DNA of 64,000 nucleotides from the NCBI GenBank assembly GCA_963744145.1, contig CAVUSO010000001.1:4480001-4544000 (forward strand), read 5' to 3'. This DNA comes from an uncultured cyanobacterium (GTDB lineage: Bacteria > Cyanobacteriota > Cyanobacteriia > Cyanobacteriales > CAWUOF01). How positions within the stretch are numbered: the first letter of the stretch is position 1; each line of letters starts with the position of its first letter. This document shows, piece by piece, positions 33,421-44,339 of the stretch. The position numbers and the translations under genes are program-made. The notes beneath the pieces were generated by a model. The model had not been told where the DNA came from, searched no databases, and saw only the letters and a list, made by a program, of their open reading frames with translations.

Positions 33421-34890
33421 TTGACACTCCCACCCCTAAAGGGAAGTGGGATTCTTGAATCAACGACCGCACTTAACCAATTCTAATGTTTCGACTACGC
33501 TCAACACGAGTCACTCAGAACCAGCCAGAGGCGCAGTCTCCTCAAGCGTAGAAATTCCGGTGTGTCCCACCGTATTTTTTAATCCTAATCCTCTTGCTAA
33601 AATGTTCTTGGCAGCGTTCAAATCTCGATGTTCAATTAATCCGCAATTAGGGCATTTATGAGTACGAGTTGACAAAGATTTCTGTACTCTTGTCCCACAT
33701 TTATGGCAATCTTGAGATGTGAAATGGGGTGCTACTGCAAATACATGAACGCCACGTATTTGGGCAAAATAATCTACCCAATCAGTGAACATTGACCATG
33801 CTGCATCAGATATAGATTTAGCAAGTTTATGATTCTTGACCATGTTGCACACTTTCAGATCCTCGTAGACAATCACATCGTTAGATGTTACTAACGTCCT
33901 TGCGGTTCTTACAGCAAATTCTCGACGTTGCCTACTGACCTTTAAGTGCTTTCTTGCCATTTTATTAATGGCTTTTTTACGGTTTTTAGAACCCTTTTTC
34001 CTTTTAGAAACTCTACGTTGTAGTCTCTTTAAGGACTTTTCTGACTTTCTTAAAAATCTAGGGTTTTCTACCTGATTACCGTCTGAATCAGTATAGAAAT
34101 ATTCCAAACCTAAATCAATCCCAACTGCTTTACCTGTTGGTATCTGTGGTTCAGAACGTTCTACCTTAATTAAGAATTGGCAGTAATACCCATCGGCCCT
34201 TTTAACAACCCTAATCCGTTTGATTTGCTCAAGTTGATAGAAATTTAGATCACTAATCCGATGGACGGGAGGATGCGTATTGCAATATGCTCCTTGAGCT
34301 AAGGCTTTAGCGCCATCTTTTAAACCGATTAGCTTAAATGTACCTGCTTTAAAACCATCCGTGAATGTGATCTTCTTTCGATCTTCCGACAGTGACCAGC
34401 CAGTTTGTTTATATTCAACTGATCTGCCACGTTTTTTGAACTTTGGGTAACCTTTCTTCGGTTCCTTCTCCTTACAGTTTTGGTAGAATCTAGAAATTCC
34501 ATTCCATGCTCTATCAGCCGAAGCTTGTCTTGCTTGAGAATTTAGCTTCTTAGCCCACTCAAACTCTTTGGCTAAAGTTGAGCAAAGTTTCTGAAGATCG
34601 TTTTTACTAACACCGCGATTGTCCATCCAGTACCTTAAAGCTTTATTACGAATAAAGTTGGCAGTACGGATTGCTTCGTCTAGCAACTCATACTGCCAAT
34701 CTTTTCCACTTAACTTTGCTTCTAATACCAACATAATTTTTTCGGTGTTAATATTAACAGTATAACAGATAATTAGCTAATTAGCCAACTTAATTAATTA
34801 ATTTTTCAATTAATTTTCACGGCTCCTAAGCCAACAGCTATCCGATTCATCCCGATCCCTAAAAGGAGTGGGCTTTCTCGGTGACAACTT
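33421..34890 (-). mobile_element. IS200/IS605-family tnpB-only (IS1341-like) element, target TTAC
   Basis: Minus strand: TTAC|aagttgtcaccgagAAAGcccactcc.. left hairpin; right hairpin GAATcccacttccctttaggggtggga ending gtgTCAA at 33421. Confidence 0.88.
33511..34734 (-). CDS. tnpB: RNA-guided endonuclease TnpB with an internal in-frame insertion
   Basis: RuvC motifs GIDLG / YEDL / HRDLNAA and Zn finger CHKC..CPNC. Confidence 0.92.
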   Translation of the reverse strand: MLVLEAKLSGKDWQYELLDEAIRTANFIRNKALRYWMDNRGVSKNDLQKLCSTLAKEFEWAKKLNSQARQASADRAWNGISRFYQNCKEKEPKKGYPKFKKRGRSVEYKQTGWSLSEDRKKITFTDGFKAGTFKLIGLKDGAKALAQGAYCNTHPPVHRISDLNFYQLEQIKRIRVVKRADGYYCQFLIKVERSEPQIPTGKAVGIDLGLEYFYTDSDGNQVENPRFLRKSEKSLKRLQRRVSKRKKGSKNRKKAINKMARKHLKVSRQRREFAVRTARTLVTSNDVIVYEDLKVCNMVKNHKLAKSISDAAWSMFTDWVDYFAQIRGVHVFAVAPHFTSQDCHKCGTRVQKSLSTRTHKCPNCGLIEHRDLNAAKNILARGLGLKNTVGHTGISTLEETAPLAGSE

Positions 34891-35106
34891 GTAACGTTAA
34901 CCGAGTTTTTTTAACTGGTCGAGACCCTGTATTTAGGTTGCGCTACTCTTCAGCACTTGAGACGGATTATTGGTAAAAGAGGTTGCCGAATTTAATTGAG
35001 TAGAAAAAAAATTGCGGCCATCGATTTCCAATGGCTAGTCCTCCATCTAGACTCTATGTTTTTATTTTATCTGCACCCACTTTGAGAGTCTAGTCAAATC
35101 ATACTA

Positions 35107-36300
35107 CTAAAACATGGGGATGTTAAAGCCTGTTAGCGATCGCCTCTTTTCCATTATACTTAAGCCTTTCCCCTGCACCAAAACCCCAAAACCACCTAAT
35201 CCGGTGGGATTGATTAACTGATGTAACGCATCACGACGGTTGAGGACGGTTTGCAGATTTGTCGGTTGAGTTGTCAGTGTCCTAAGACGCTCTCCTAATC
35301 CTAGTGCCATCAAAAAATATTCCTGGGGTTGAAAGCCCAATCGTTCTAATCCAGACAATTCTCCTTTTTTTTCTAAAGCTGTAAAGTTTACGTGACTGGT
35401 CAAATCCTGTTCTCCCACATATATATAAGGGTGATCATGGTGCTGATGACGGTAATAACACTTTAATGTTCCTTGTTGACGACTGGGATGATAAAAATGT
35501 TTCGCAGTATATCCATAATCAATAGTTAATACATAGCCCCTCTGTAATCGCTGGTTTACTGTATCCATCCAATCTAAAGCCGCTAAATTAACTTCACTAC
35601 GATATTCGTCTATATCGGAATAATTGGTTAAATCTATTTCTACCAAGTTTAAATATTCGGCTAATTTCTGGGTCGAAGGTTCGTCAATGATTTCGGTAAA
35701 AAGTGGTAGATCTGCGGGAGTTCTTTTAGTGGTAGTGACGTAAATTTCTTGTAGTTTTCCCGCTTTAATAATAATTTTATGCACTGGGAAAGCATCTACT
35801 AATTCGTTAGAAAATAAACAACCTGTAATTGATTGAGAGGGAATTTGTTCCCAGGAATACCAATGGTAGCGATCGCTCACACCGATCTCTTGCTGTAAAC
35901 GTTGTTGTTGCTGTGCGATTAAAGTTGGCGATCGCTCAATAATTATGTATTGTAAATGATTAAAAAAATCAACATGATGGGTGAGTAAATATTTCAGGAT
36001 ATCAGTAGCTAAGATTCCTTGTCCAGCACCCATTTCCACCAAGGTAAATGGGTTTGGTTGACCTAAAATCTCCCACATTTGGACAAATTGGAGGGCTAAT
36101 AGTTCTCCAAAATCAGGTCCCAAATGGGGAGAAGTGAAAAAATCTCCTTTGCGTCCCAGATTAACTCTCTTGTTAGTGTAATAGCCATATTCGGGATGAT
36201 ATAAGGCTAAATCCATATATTCAGCAAAAGTAATTCTGCTGTAGGGATGAGAAATGATCTTTTGCTGAATTAATGTAGCTAAAGGAGAATGCTGATTCAT
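35107..36300 (-). CDS. MidA/NDUFAF7-family SAM-dependent methyltransferase
   Basis: Motifs FAEYMDLALYHP..GYY, GDFFTSP, VEMGAGQG, SNELVDAFP, IDYG and QDLTSHVNF. Confidence 0.88.
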   Translation of the reverse strand: MNQHSPLATLIQQKIISHPYSRITFAEYMDLALYHPEYGYYTNKRVNLGRKGDFFTSPHLGPDFGELLALQFVQMWEILGQPNPFTLVEMGAGQGILATDILKYLLTHHVDFFNHLQYIIIERSPTLIAQQQQRLQQEIGVSDRYHWYSWEQIPSQSITGCLFSNELVDAFPVHKIIIKAGKLQEIYVTTTKRTPADLPLFTEIIDEPSTQKLAEYLNLVEIDLTNYSDIDEYRSEVNLAALDWMDTVNQRLQRGYVLTIDYGYTAKHFYHPSRQQGTLKCYYRHQHHDHPYIYVGEQDLTSHVNFTALEKKGELSGLERLGFQPQEYFLMALGLGERLRTLTTQPTNLQTVLNRRDALHQLINPTGLGGFGVLVQGKGLSIMEKRRSLTGFNIPMF

Positions 36301-36335
36301 TTACGAAAGAATTGTGTTAGATTAGAGCAACAACC

Positions 36336-36363
36336 GTAGGGGCGTATTGCAATACGCCCCTAC
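36336..36363. repeat. REP-like palindrome gtaggggcgtattgcaatacgcccctac, followed by two gggactgaag..ctactacaaac units (about 36410-36458)
   Basis: Perfect 28-bp palindrome; related ctactacaaac units at about 21677-21743. Confidence 0.8.
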
Positions 36364-36464
36364 AGTCAAATACCCGACAGTTGTCTTCTCTTGATGATTG
36401 AGCATGATTGGGACTGAAGCCCCTACTACAAACGGGGACTGAAGTTCCTACTACAAACGACTTT

Positions 36465-37649
36465 TTAGCGATCGACCGAACCCATAATCACATCAATACT
36501 ACCGAGAATCGCCACAATATCTGCTACTTTCATCCCGCGCAATAATTGTGGTAATACCTGGAGGTTATTAAAGTCTGCGGCTCGAATTTTCCACCGCCAG
36601 GGGAAGATATTATCATCACCAATGATATAAATTCCGAGTTCTCCTTTGCCGCTTTCAATTCTGACATAGTGTTCACCTTTAGGAATTTTGAAAGTAGGTG
36701 CAATTTTTTTGCCAATGAATTGATAATCAAAATCATTCCATTCTGATTTTGGCCCAGCCGCCATCCGTTTTGCTTCCAGGTTTTCATAAGGTCCACCTGG
36801 TAAAGCGGTTAAAGCTTGACGAAGAATACTCACCGCTTGACGCATTTCTCGAATCCGAACTACATAACGAGCAAAACAATCTCCAGCCGTTTCCCATTCC
36901 ACTTCCCAATCAAAATCGTCGTAACATTCATAGTGATCGACTTTCCGCAAGTCCCATTTCACTCCCGAAGCGCGGAGAGTTGGACCAGAAAGACCCCAAT
37001 TAATCGCATCTTCACGACTAATCGTACCGATTCCTTCGACCCGACGACGGAAAATCGGGTTATCAGTAATTAAACGTTCATACTCATCAATTTTGGGCGA
37101 GAAATAGTCACAAAAATCTTCGCATTTATCTACCCAACCGTAGGGTAAATCAGCTGCTACACCACCAATCCGGAAGTAATTATTATTGACCATGCGATAA
37201 CCAGTCGCAGCTTCCCAGAGGTCATAGATTAACTCGCGTTCTCGAAAAATATAGAAAAAGGGAGTTTGGGCACCAACGTCAGCTAAGAATGGTCCTAACC
37301 ACAGCAGATGATTAGCAATCCGATTTAGCTCTAACATAATTACCCGGATATAACTAGCACGTTTAGGTACAGCGATATCAGCTAATTTTTCCGGAGCATT
37401 AACAGTAACAGCTTCATTAAACATTCCGGCGGCGTAGTCCCAGCGACTCACGTAGGGAACATACATAATATTGGTGCGGTTTTCCGCGATTTTCTCCATT
37501 CCTCGGTGCAAATAACCCAGGACTGGTTCGCAATCGATCACATTTTCCCCATCTAAAGTAACGATTAATCTCAGCACCCCGTGCATAGAGGGATGATGCG
37601 GTCCCATGTTGAGGACCATGGGTTCAGTTCTGGTTTCAATTTTGGGCAT
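36465..37649 (-). CDS. ndhH: NAD(P)H-quinone oxidoreductase subunit H
   Basis: Motifs [24 protein letters not shown] and C-terminal GSVDR. Confidence 0.97.
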   Translation of the reverse strand: MPKIETRTEPMVLNMGPHHPSMHGVLRLIVTLDGENVIDCEPVLGYLHRGMEKIAENRTNIMYVPYVSRWDYAAGMFNEAVTVNAPEKLADIAVPKRASYIRVIMLELNRIANHLLWLGPFLADVGAQTPFFYIFRERELIYDLWEAATGYRMVNNNYFRIGGVAADLPYGWVDKCEDFCDYFSPKIDEYERLITDNPIFRRRVEGIGTISREDAINWGLSGPTLRASGVKWDLRKVDHYECYDDFDWEVEWETAGDCFARYVVRIREMRQAVSILRQALTALPGGPYENLEAKRMAAGPKSEWNDFDYQFIGKKIAPTFKIPKGEHYVRIESGKGELGIYIIGDDNIFPWRWKIRAADFNNLQVLPQLLRGMKVADIVAILGSIDVIMGSVDR

Positions 37650-37767
37650 TGGGTCGCATTCTCCCCTAGGTAATTGAAAATAGTTGGCGAAGTTGGGTTT
37701 ACGGGTATTATATATTCTGTTATTAGTTCTCAACCAAAAATGTGTGTCACAAAAAACTGAAACTCCG

Positions 37768-38628
37768 ATGTTTGTCCATGTTCCAGTTTTAGGTCGGGAG
37801 TTAGTTGCGGGCTTAGAGGTCTGTCCCGGTGGTCATTATTTGGATGCTACCGTCGGAGCTGGTGGACATAGCCGATTAATTTTAGCAGCAGCACCAGATG
37901 TGCGGGTCACGGCGATCGATCGGGATCAGCAAGCTTTAGCGGTAGCCCAGTCCGAACTCGCTGAATATGGCGATCGGGTCAAATTTTGGCAAGGGAATTT
38001 TGCTAATTTTCCGGCTGATGGCATTTTATTTAATGGCATAATCGCAGATTTAGGAGTAAACTCTGGTCAACTAGACACAGCCGCACGCGGTTTTAGTTTT
38101 CGGCATACTGCGGATTTAGATATGAGAATGGATCAATGTCAAACTTTGACAGCAGGTGAAATAATTAATAAATGGGGGGAAACCCAACTAGCTGAGATAT
38201 TTTATAAATATGGAGAAGAAAGACTATCTAGGCGTTTGGCCAAAAAAATTGTGGAATATCGTCCATTTCAAACTACCACCGAACTAGCCCAGGCGATCGC
38301 CGCCCATGTCCCCCGTCAATATCGATATGGCCGAATTCATCCAGCTACCCGCATTTTTCAAGCATTGCGGATAGTAGTGAATGAAGAAATGACTAGCTTA
38401 GAAGCTTTTTTAGGAAAAGTGGCGGGATGGTTAAAAGTAGGGGGTAGAATTGGAATTATCAGTTTCCATAGTTTGGAAGATCGATTAGTCAAACACTCTT
38501 TCCGAGAGTCAAATTTATTGCGGGTGCTTACCAAAAAGCCAATCATACCGGAAGCTGAAGAAATCGCCCAAAATCCCCGCTCACGTTCGGCCAAACTCAG
38601 GCTGGCCGAAAGTTTACCTAAAAATTAA
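37768..38628 (+). CDS. rsmH: 16S rRNA m4C1402 methyltransferase
   Basis: Motifs [24 protein letters not shown] and [10 protein letters not shown]. Confidence 0.95.
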   Translation: MFVHVPVLGRELVAGLEVCPGGHYLDATVGAGGHSRLILAAAPDVRVTAIDRDQQALAVAQSELAEYGDRVKFWQGNFANFPADGILFNGIIADLGVNSGQLDTAARGFSFRHTADLDMRMDQCQTLTAGEIINKWGETQLAEIFYKYGEERLSRRLAKKIVEYRPFQTTTELAQAIAAHVPRQYRYGRIHPATRIFQALRIVVNEEMTSLEAFLGKVAGWLKVGGRIGIISFHSLEDRLVKHSFRESNLLRVLTKKPIIPEAEEIAQNPRSRSAKLRLAESLPKN

Positions 38629-38964
38629 GTGAAAAGAGTTGATTAGCACTTATGGTTAGGATTACCAATGAGTAAAATATTCTAGGACCAGAATCCGAGT
38701 TTTTAGACCATCGGTTATCTGTCTTATTAGATCAGGTTGCAAGCAACGGTGTGATGTCATCATTATGGTGACAAATACCGTTTGTCAACACAGGTTGAAC
38801 GGGTAAAAGCAGTGTCGGGACTCGATCCGGCCAAATCATGGCCAGAACAGCACCCAAAAATTCTGGCACTTCGTCTTTTGGTGTCGGTACTTGCCCGATC
38901 ACCAAGAGTAAGCGATAGTAGTTAGAATTGCGGCCTTTGCCATCAACGTCAAATTCAGCCGGGA

Positions 38965-40662
38965 GTGGAGCCTCGCATGAGTCAGGCAGATCGGAGCAAA
39001 CTCAGAATGATGGTCGTTGACGACGAACCGGACAACCTGGATTTGCTATACCGAACATTTAGAAGAGATTTTCAAGTTTTCAAGGCAGACAGTGGTCTGG
39101 CTGCTCTCCAAATCCTAGACCAGGAAGGGGAGATGGCCATCATAATTTCCGACCAACGGATGCCTGGGATGAACGGAACAGAATTTTTAAGTAAAACCGT
39201 AGACCGTTTTCCCGATACGATCCGGATTGTATTAACAGGCTATACAGATGTAGAAGACCTGGTAGAAGCAATTAACTCAGGTAAGGTTTTTAAATACATC
39301 ACCAAACCTTGGCAACCTGATGAACTCAAAGGAGTAGTCCAACAATCTGGGGAAACCTACAAAGTCATCAAACAGAGAACCAATGAACTGCGGCGATCGC
39401 TGCGGCGGGAACTACTGTTTAATGCGGTCACGGGAGCAATTCGAGAATCGTTAGATTATCGAAGTATGTTGCAAACCGTGGTGGAAACAGTTGGACGTAC
39501 TTTTGGGGCGAGTGGGTGCATTCTCCGACCGGTAGAAGACAATCGTCTGACCCAGGATTGTTTTTCTTATCAACTCACGCCGGAAACAGAAACAGCGGTA
39601 GAACCTCCCCCTTTGCCCATCGAAGACAACTTGATTCAATCTGTCCTTAGTAGTCGGACAACCCAACTAGCTCAAAGCGCTGAAAAAGGAAATAAATATG
39701 TAAAACTCGCAGTTCCACTAACCTATCAACAAGAACTTTTGGCGATTTTGTTTGTCTATCAATACGATAGCGCTCGACCTTTGTCTCCAGAAGATATCCA
39801 ACTGATTGAAGGTGTGGCTGAACAAGCGGCTTTAGCCATTTCCCAAGCTAAACTTTATCAGCGCTCTCAGCAGCAAGCTGAACAAATGCGCCAAGATTTG
39901 GCAGTGGCTTGTCAAATCCAAAGTAATCTGTTACCCCCAAATTTCCTGCAACTGGAAAATTTTAAAGTTCAAGCTGAATGTAAACCAGCCAGGGAAGTCG
40001 GAGGTGATTTTTATGAAATCTTTGTCCATCCAGAAGGTGATCTGTGGCTAGCAATTGGTGATGTTTCTGGTAAAGGAGTACCAGCAGCTCTGTTCATGGC
40101 TAGTGCCATTTCCGTGATGCGTCGCGAACTATCTCAAGAAAATCCCCCAGAGCCAAGTCTGGTGATGCGGAGCCTCAACAGCATTCTCTCCGAGCATCTG
40201 ATGACCAATAATTGCTTTATTACTATGGTCTTGGCTCGTTACAATCCCACCACCAGAAAACTGCTCTATGCCAACGCTGGTCATATTTATCCCATCGTCT
40301 GGTCTCAAGATGCAGTGTTAGCCAGCCATAATAACCCAGATGCCACCTTGGAAATTGAACCAAATTATCTGAAAGTGCGTGGGATTCCGGTGGGAATTTT
40401 ACCAATTTGGAAAGCCCAATCTGGGAGTATTGATTTAAATCCAGGGGATGTATTTCTACTGACTAGTGATGGGATCACAGAAGCAACTGTTCCCGATCAA
40501 GATGGGCAAAGTGCTAGCGCCATGTTGCAACAAACTGGTCTGTGGAATTTCCTGATTCAAGAAAAAAGTTCCCTGGACTTGCCTAGCCTGTTAGCTCGCA
40601 TCCAAGCACACGTTAAAGTTCAGGAAGATGACCAAACAATGCTCTCTCTGGAGGTTCTATAG
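38965..40662 (+). CDS. REC-GAF-SpoIIE phosphatase
   Basis: Receiver domain VVDDE..ISDQRMP, a GAF domain, and PP2C motifs GGDFY, GDVSGKG, SDG and EDD. Confidence 0.9.
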   Translation: MEPRMSQADRSKLRMMVVDDEPDNLDLLYRTFRRDFQVFKADSGLAALQILDQEGEMAIIISDQRMPGMNGTEFLSKTVDRFPDTIRIVLTGYTDVEDLVEAINSGKVFKYITKPWQPDELKGVVQQSGETYKVIKQRTNELRRSLRRELLFNAVTGAIRESLDYRSMLQTVVETVGRTFGASGCILRPVEDNRLTQDCFSYQLTPETETAVEPPPLPIEDNLIQSVLSSRTTQLAQSAEKGNKYVKLAVPLTYQQELLAILFVYQYDSARPLSPEDIQLIEGVAEQAALAISQAKLYQRSQQQAEQMRQDLAVACQIQSNLLPPNFLQLENFKVQAECKPAREVGGDFYEIFVHPEGDLWLAIGDVSGKGVPAALFMASAISVMRRELSQENPPEPSLVMRSLNSILSEHLMTNNCFITMVLARYNPTTRKLLYANAGHIYPIVWSQDAVLASHNNPDATLEIEPNYLKVRGIPVGILPIWKAQSGSIDLNPGDVFLLTSDGITEATVPDQDGQSASAMLQQTGLWNFLIQEKSSLDLPSLLARIQAHVKVQEDDQTMLSLEVL

Positions 40663-40665
40663 TCA

Positions 40666-41100
40666 ATGAGAACGGAGCTTAATGTACCAAGCGACTTAAA
40701 GTTTTTGAATATTGTGGAGAGCTGGCTACTAGGAAGTCTGGAAGTCGAGCTAGAAAACCATATTGATTGGCCGCGTCAATCAAATCGCTTGCGTTTGGTG
40801 TTAGCAGAAGCATACTCAAATGTAGTACGTCATGCCCATCGAGATAAACCGAATTTACCAATCTTGATTCGTCTAGAACTCAAGGAACGGGATATTGCCC
40901 TGGAAGTTTGGGATCATGGGACAGGATATGATTTGTCTACTTATGCCGCACCCGTCCCAGAAAAAATGCAAGATGGTGGCTATGGTTGGCTGATTATGAA
41001 TCGTCTGATGGATCGAGTGGAATATCGTTTACAAATAGATGGTCGCAATTGTCTCAAGCTGGAAACTAGTTTGCCAGAACCAGAAAAAGCTAAGACCTAA
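40666..41100 (+). CDS. pmgA: PmgA-like anti-sigma factor / Ser kinase
   Basis: Motifs EAYSNVVRHAH, WDHG and GGYGWLI; follows the SpoIIE phosphatase. Confidence 0.7.
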   Translation: MRTELNVPSDLKFLNIVESWLLGSLEVELENHIDWPRQSNRLRLVLAEAYSNVVRHAHRDKPNLPILIRLELKERDIALEVWDHGTGYDLSTYAAPVPEKMQDGGYGWLIMNRLMDRVEYRLQIDGRNCLKLETSLPEPEKAKT

Positions 41101-41151
41101 AACTAGCTGAATTTGGTGGACAATTGATTTGGCCATTGGTAAGACCAGCAC

Positions 41152-42144
41152 ATGACCGATGATTTAGTTACTAGCGCACAGATTAAAGAAAAAGCTGTTG
41201 AACTGGGATTTCACCAGGTGGGCATAGCAGCAATCTCCCTCCAGTCTGATCCTGGGGATGATGCTGTGAATGTTCCCCTGGCACCTCAGTCTCAAAAGTT
41301 ACGGGATTGGTTGGCTCAAGGTGATCATGCTGATCTGGAATGGATGGCTAATCCTAAGCGTCAGGATGTTCGCTTGTTGATGCCATCGGTGCGATCGCTA
41401 ATTTGTGTCGCTCTGAATTATTACTCATCAGTGTCACGTCCTGAAGATCCACAGTATGCCAAAATTTCCCGTTATGGTTGGGGGAGGGATTATCATCGGG
41501 TTATACATAAAAAATTAAAAGCTTTGACGATCTGGTTAAAAAGTTTTAGCTCGGTTATAGAAGCTAAATATTATGCTGATACTGGACCAATTCTTGACAA
41601 AGCTTGGGCACAAGCAGCGGGAATTGGTTGGATTGCCAAAAATAGTAATTTGATTACTCGTAAATATGGTTCTTGGGTGTTTTTGGGAGAGGTGTTAACT
41701 AATTTGGATTTGACACCTGATCCACCTCATGCAGAACACTGTGGGACTTGTAGTCGTTGCTTGGATGCTTGTCCCACAGGAGCGATTACTCAGCCCTTTG
41801 TGGTTGATGCTAATCGTTGTATTGCTTATCACACGATTGAAAATCGAGGGGAAACTTTACCACCGGCGATCGCTAGTCGGATGGAAGGTTGGGTCGCTGG
41901 TTGTGATATTTGTCAAGATGTTTGTCCCTGGAATCAGCGGTTTGCTCAAGAGACTAATCTAGCTGAATTTCACCCCTATCCTGAGAATATTGCACCAACT
42001 TTAACGGAATTAGCTGAAATCTCCGAATCTGAATGGGAGCGACGTTTTCGAGCATCAGCTTTACGTCGGATTAAACCACAAATGCTTCGTCGTAATGCGA
42101 TCGCTAATTTACATCAGATTCAACCTGAATCCCATCTTGGTTAG
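41152..42144 (+). CDS. queG: Epoxyqueuosine reductase
   Basis: Motifs SRYGWGRDYH, CGTCSRCLDACP and GCDICQDVCPWN. Confidence 0.94.
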   Translation: MTDDLVTSAQIKEKAVELGFHQVGIAAISLQSDPGDDAVNVPLAPQSQKLRDWLAQGDHADLEWMANPKRQDVRLLMPSVRSLICVALNYYSSVSRPEDPQYAKISRYGWGRDYHRVIHKKLKALTIWLKSFSSVIEAKYYADTGPILDKAWAQAAGIGWIAKNSNLITRKYGSWVFLGEVLTNLDLTPDPPHAEHCGTCSRCLDACPTGAITQPFVVDANRCIAYHTIENRGETLPPAIASRMEGWVAGCDICQDVCPWNQRFAQETNLAEFHPYPENIAPTLTELAEISESEWERRFRASALRRIKPQMLRRNAIANLHQIQPESHLG

Positions 42145-43133
42145 GAGTTTTCATCTAATGGTTTTAGGGCTAATTGAGTCGATAAAACCACATACAATCC
42201 CAATACAATGATGATAAATCCGATTAAGTTCACCAAGTTTAATACTTCTCCAAATATGACCCAGGCTAAAAATCCACTTAGCACTGGTTCAAGTAACAGA
42301 ATAACAGCTAATATATAAGATGGTATGTGTTTCAAAGTATACAACATAAAAATTTGACTTAAGCACTGACCAAATACAGCTAAACTGCTACAAGCTAACC
42401 AACTTTTTGATGAAAATAGTAACAGAGGTTCATGGGTCAATAAATTGAGAATACCGGTGATGATTGTTCCCATTCCAAAACACAAAATTAGAATTACTTC
42501 CGTATTTAGATGTTTCTTCAATTGCTCGGCACTCATCAAATAACCAGCCCATGCACCAGCAGAAACCAGAGCGATCAAATCTCCTTGGATTTTGTTTAAA
42601 TTAACATCAAAATCGCCCACACCGATGATAATTGTGCCGCTAATGGCGATCGCTGTACCTAGTAAAAATCTTTGTTCAAACTGCTGATTAAACAATAACC
42701 ATCCTACCACAATAGTGAATAAGGGAGTTAGGTTGTGCATCAGGGCTGAGTTCGCGATCGTGGTTTGAGTGAGCGACCATGTCCACAAAACTGTTGTAGT
42801 ATTAGACATTAATGCAGTCATCACTAATAAAAATATCATCTGATTGTGATCAGCCGATCGCTTAGTAATTTTGGGTAGGGGGATCGGTTCCTTCTGACCA
42901 AAACGGAATATACTTTTTACTCCAGACCACACCATGATCAACATCAGGGAGATCCAATAACGATTGAAGATCAGAGTTCCAGGTTCGATTTCTTGCTCTC
43001 CCCACTTGGTCATCAATGGGACAAAAACTAAACACCCTAGCACTCCGATCAGAGAAAATATCACCAAGATTCTCTGATCGAGTGCTTGTTTCTGGGAAAA
43101 AACCTGCTCTTGTTTAATTGGTATTTCAGTCAT
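42141..43133 (-). CDS. DMT/EamA-family transporter
   Basis: About 10 hydrophobic helices; motifs GDLIAL and LLEPV. Confidence 0.85.
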   Translation of the reverse strand: MTEIPIKQEQVFSQKQALDQRILVIFSLIGVLGCLVFVPLMTKWGEQEIEPGTLIFNRYWISLMLIMVWSGVKSIFRFGQKEPIPLPKITKRSADHNQMIFLLVMTALMSNTTTVLWTWSLTQTTIANSALMHNLTPLFTIVVGWLLFNQQFEQRFLLGTAIAISGTIIIGVGDFDVNLNKIQGDLIALVSAGAWAGYLMSAEQLKKHLNTEVILILCFGMGTIITGILNLLTHEPLLLFSSKSWLACSSLAVFGQCLSQIFMLYTLKHIPSYILAVILLLEPVLSGFLAWVIFGEVLNLVNLIGFIIIVLGLYVVLSTQLALKPLDENS

Positions 43134-43398
43134 AATTTAATTTAAAGTTCAATATATTGTAAAGAAATTATTACATTAATTCTATACTTGTCATTCTAGA
43201 TAGAGTATCATAGATGTAGACTATCTAAAAATTTAATTTACCACATGGTACAATCAAAAACAAGTTATCTAACCCGTAGCTACGGGGATGGATATTATCA
43301 ATTCTATTACATTTGTGCCTATTTTTGAAGTTTTCAAACCCGATAAACCTTGATCTGTGATATTTTAGTTTCGTCAAATAGACGTTAATTATGTAGAA

Positions 43399-44034
43399 AT
43401 GTCCAAAGTAATTATTTTTGATTTTGATGGCACAATTGCCGATACTCTGGATACAGTGATCAGAATTATTAATCGAGTTGCGGTAGAATTTGGATATCAA
43501 CCAGTGAGTCAACCAGAGCTAGCTGAATGGAAAAATTTAACAGCGAGACAAATTATTAAAAAATCAGGTGTTTCAATTTTTAAATTGCCATTTTTCATTA
43601 AAAAAGCCAAAGCTGAGTTAAATCAGGAAATTCAAACAGTTCATCCCTTTCCAGGAATCCCAGAAGTTTTGCAAGAATTGAAAAAATCTACTAAACAAAT
43701 GGGGATCATTACTTCTAATTCCCAAGCTAATGTTATGCTTTTTATCAAACAAAATAATTTAGAAGATATCTTTGATTTTGTTTATTCTGGATCAACATTA
43801 TTTGGCAAATCGCAATTAATCGATGGCTTTTTAGAACGGGAAAATATCCGTCCGGAAGAAGTTATTTATGTAGGTGATGAAACCAGAGATATTGAAGCAG
43901 CAAGAAGAAGTCAAATCAAAGCGATCGCAGTTACTTGGGGATTTAACTCTAAACAAGTCTTAGCAGCACATAATCCGGATTTTTTAATTGATCAACCTCA
44001 AGAGTTGATTGAGGTGATTCGCAAATGCAATTAA
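43399..44034 (+). CDS. HAD-superfamily hydrolase
   Basis: FDFDGT and YVGDETRD. Confidence 0.9.
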   Translation: MSKVIIFDFDGTIADTLDTVIRIINRVAVEFGYQPVSQPELAEWKNLTARQIIKKSGVSIFKLPFFIKKAKAELNQEIQTVHPFPGIPEVLQELKKSTKQMGIITSNSQANVMLFIKQNNLEDIFDFVYSGSTLFGKSQLIDGFLERENIRPEEVIYVGDETRDIEAARRSQIKAIAVTWGFNSKQVLAAHNPDFLIDQPQELIEVIRKCN

Positions 44035-44044
44035 AAATTAGTAA

Positions 44045-44332
44045 TCAGTTCTGAACTACAAATTCAATCCTTGGTAACAGCGGATCTTGGACAATTCCGA
44101 TCCCAGTAAAACCCCAACGGGAGAGAATTCCGCGCAGCTGAGAACTGGGAATCGACTCTACCGTAAAGCGATCGGCTAGATCAGTAGCATATTTATTTAG
44201 ATAACTGAGGGCATCAAAATGTTCCCGAAATAGGAGCAAATAACTTAACTGAGATGTTTGATCCTGATGGGGATGAGCTACTAAATAGCTACCATCGGCA
44301 CGAGAACGAATTAAATAATAAATTTCTGACAT
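44045..44332 (-). CDS. Conserved cyanobacterial hypothetical protein
   Basis: 95-aa ORF, co-oriented with the upstream permease. Confidence 0.65.
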   Translation of the reverse strand: MSEIYYLIRSRADGSYLVAHPHQDQTSQLSYLLLFREHFDALSYLNKYATDLADRFTVESIPSSQLRGILSRWGFTGIGIVQDPLLPRIEFVVQN

Positions 44333-44339
44333 AATTAGT

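Noticed and set aside
38630..38964. Possible ncRNA or riboswitch in the long leader of the REC-GAF-SpoIIE gene
   Set aside because: No recognisable family motif by eye; an Rfam search would be needed.
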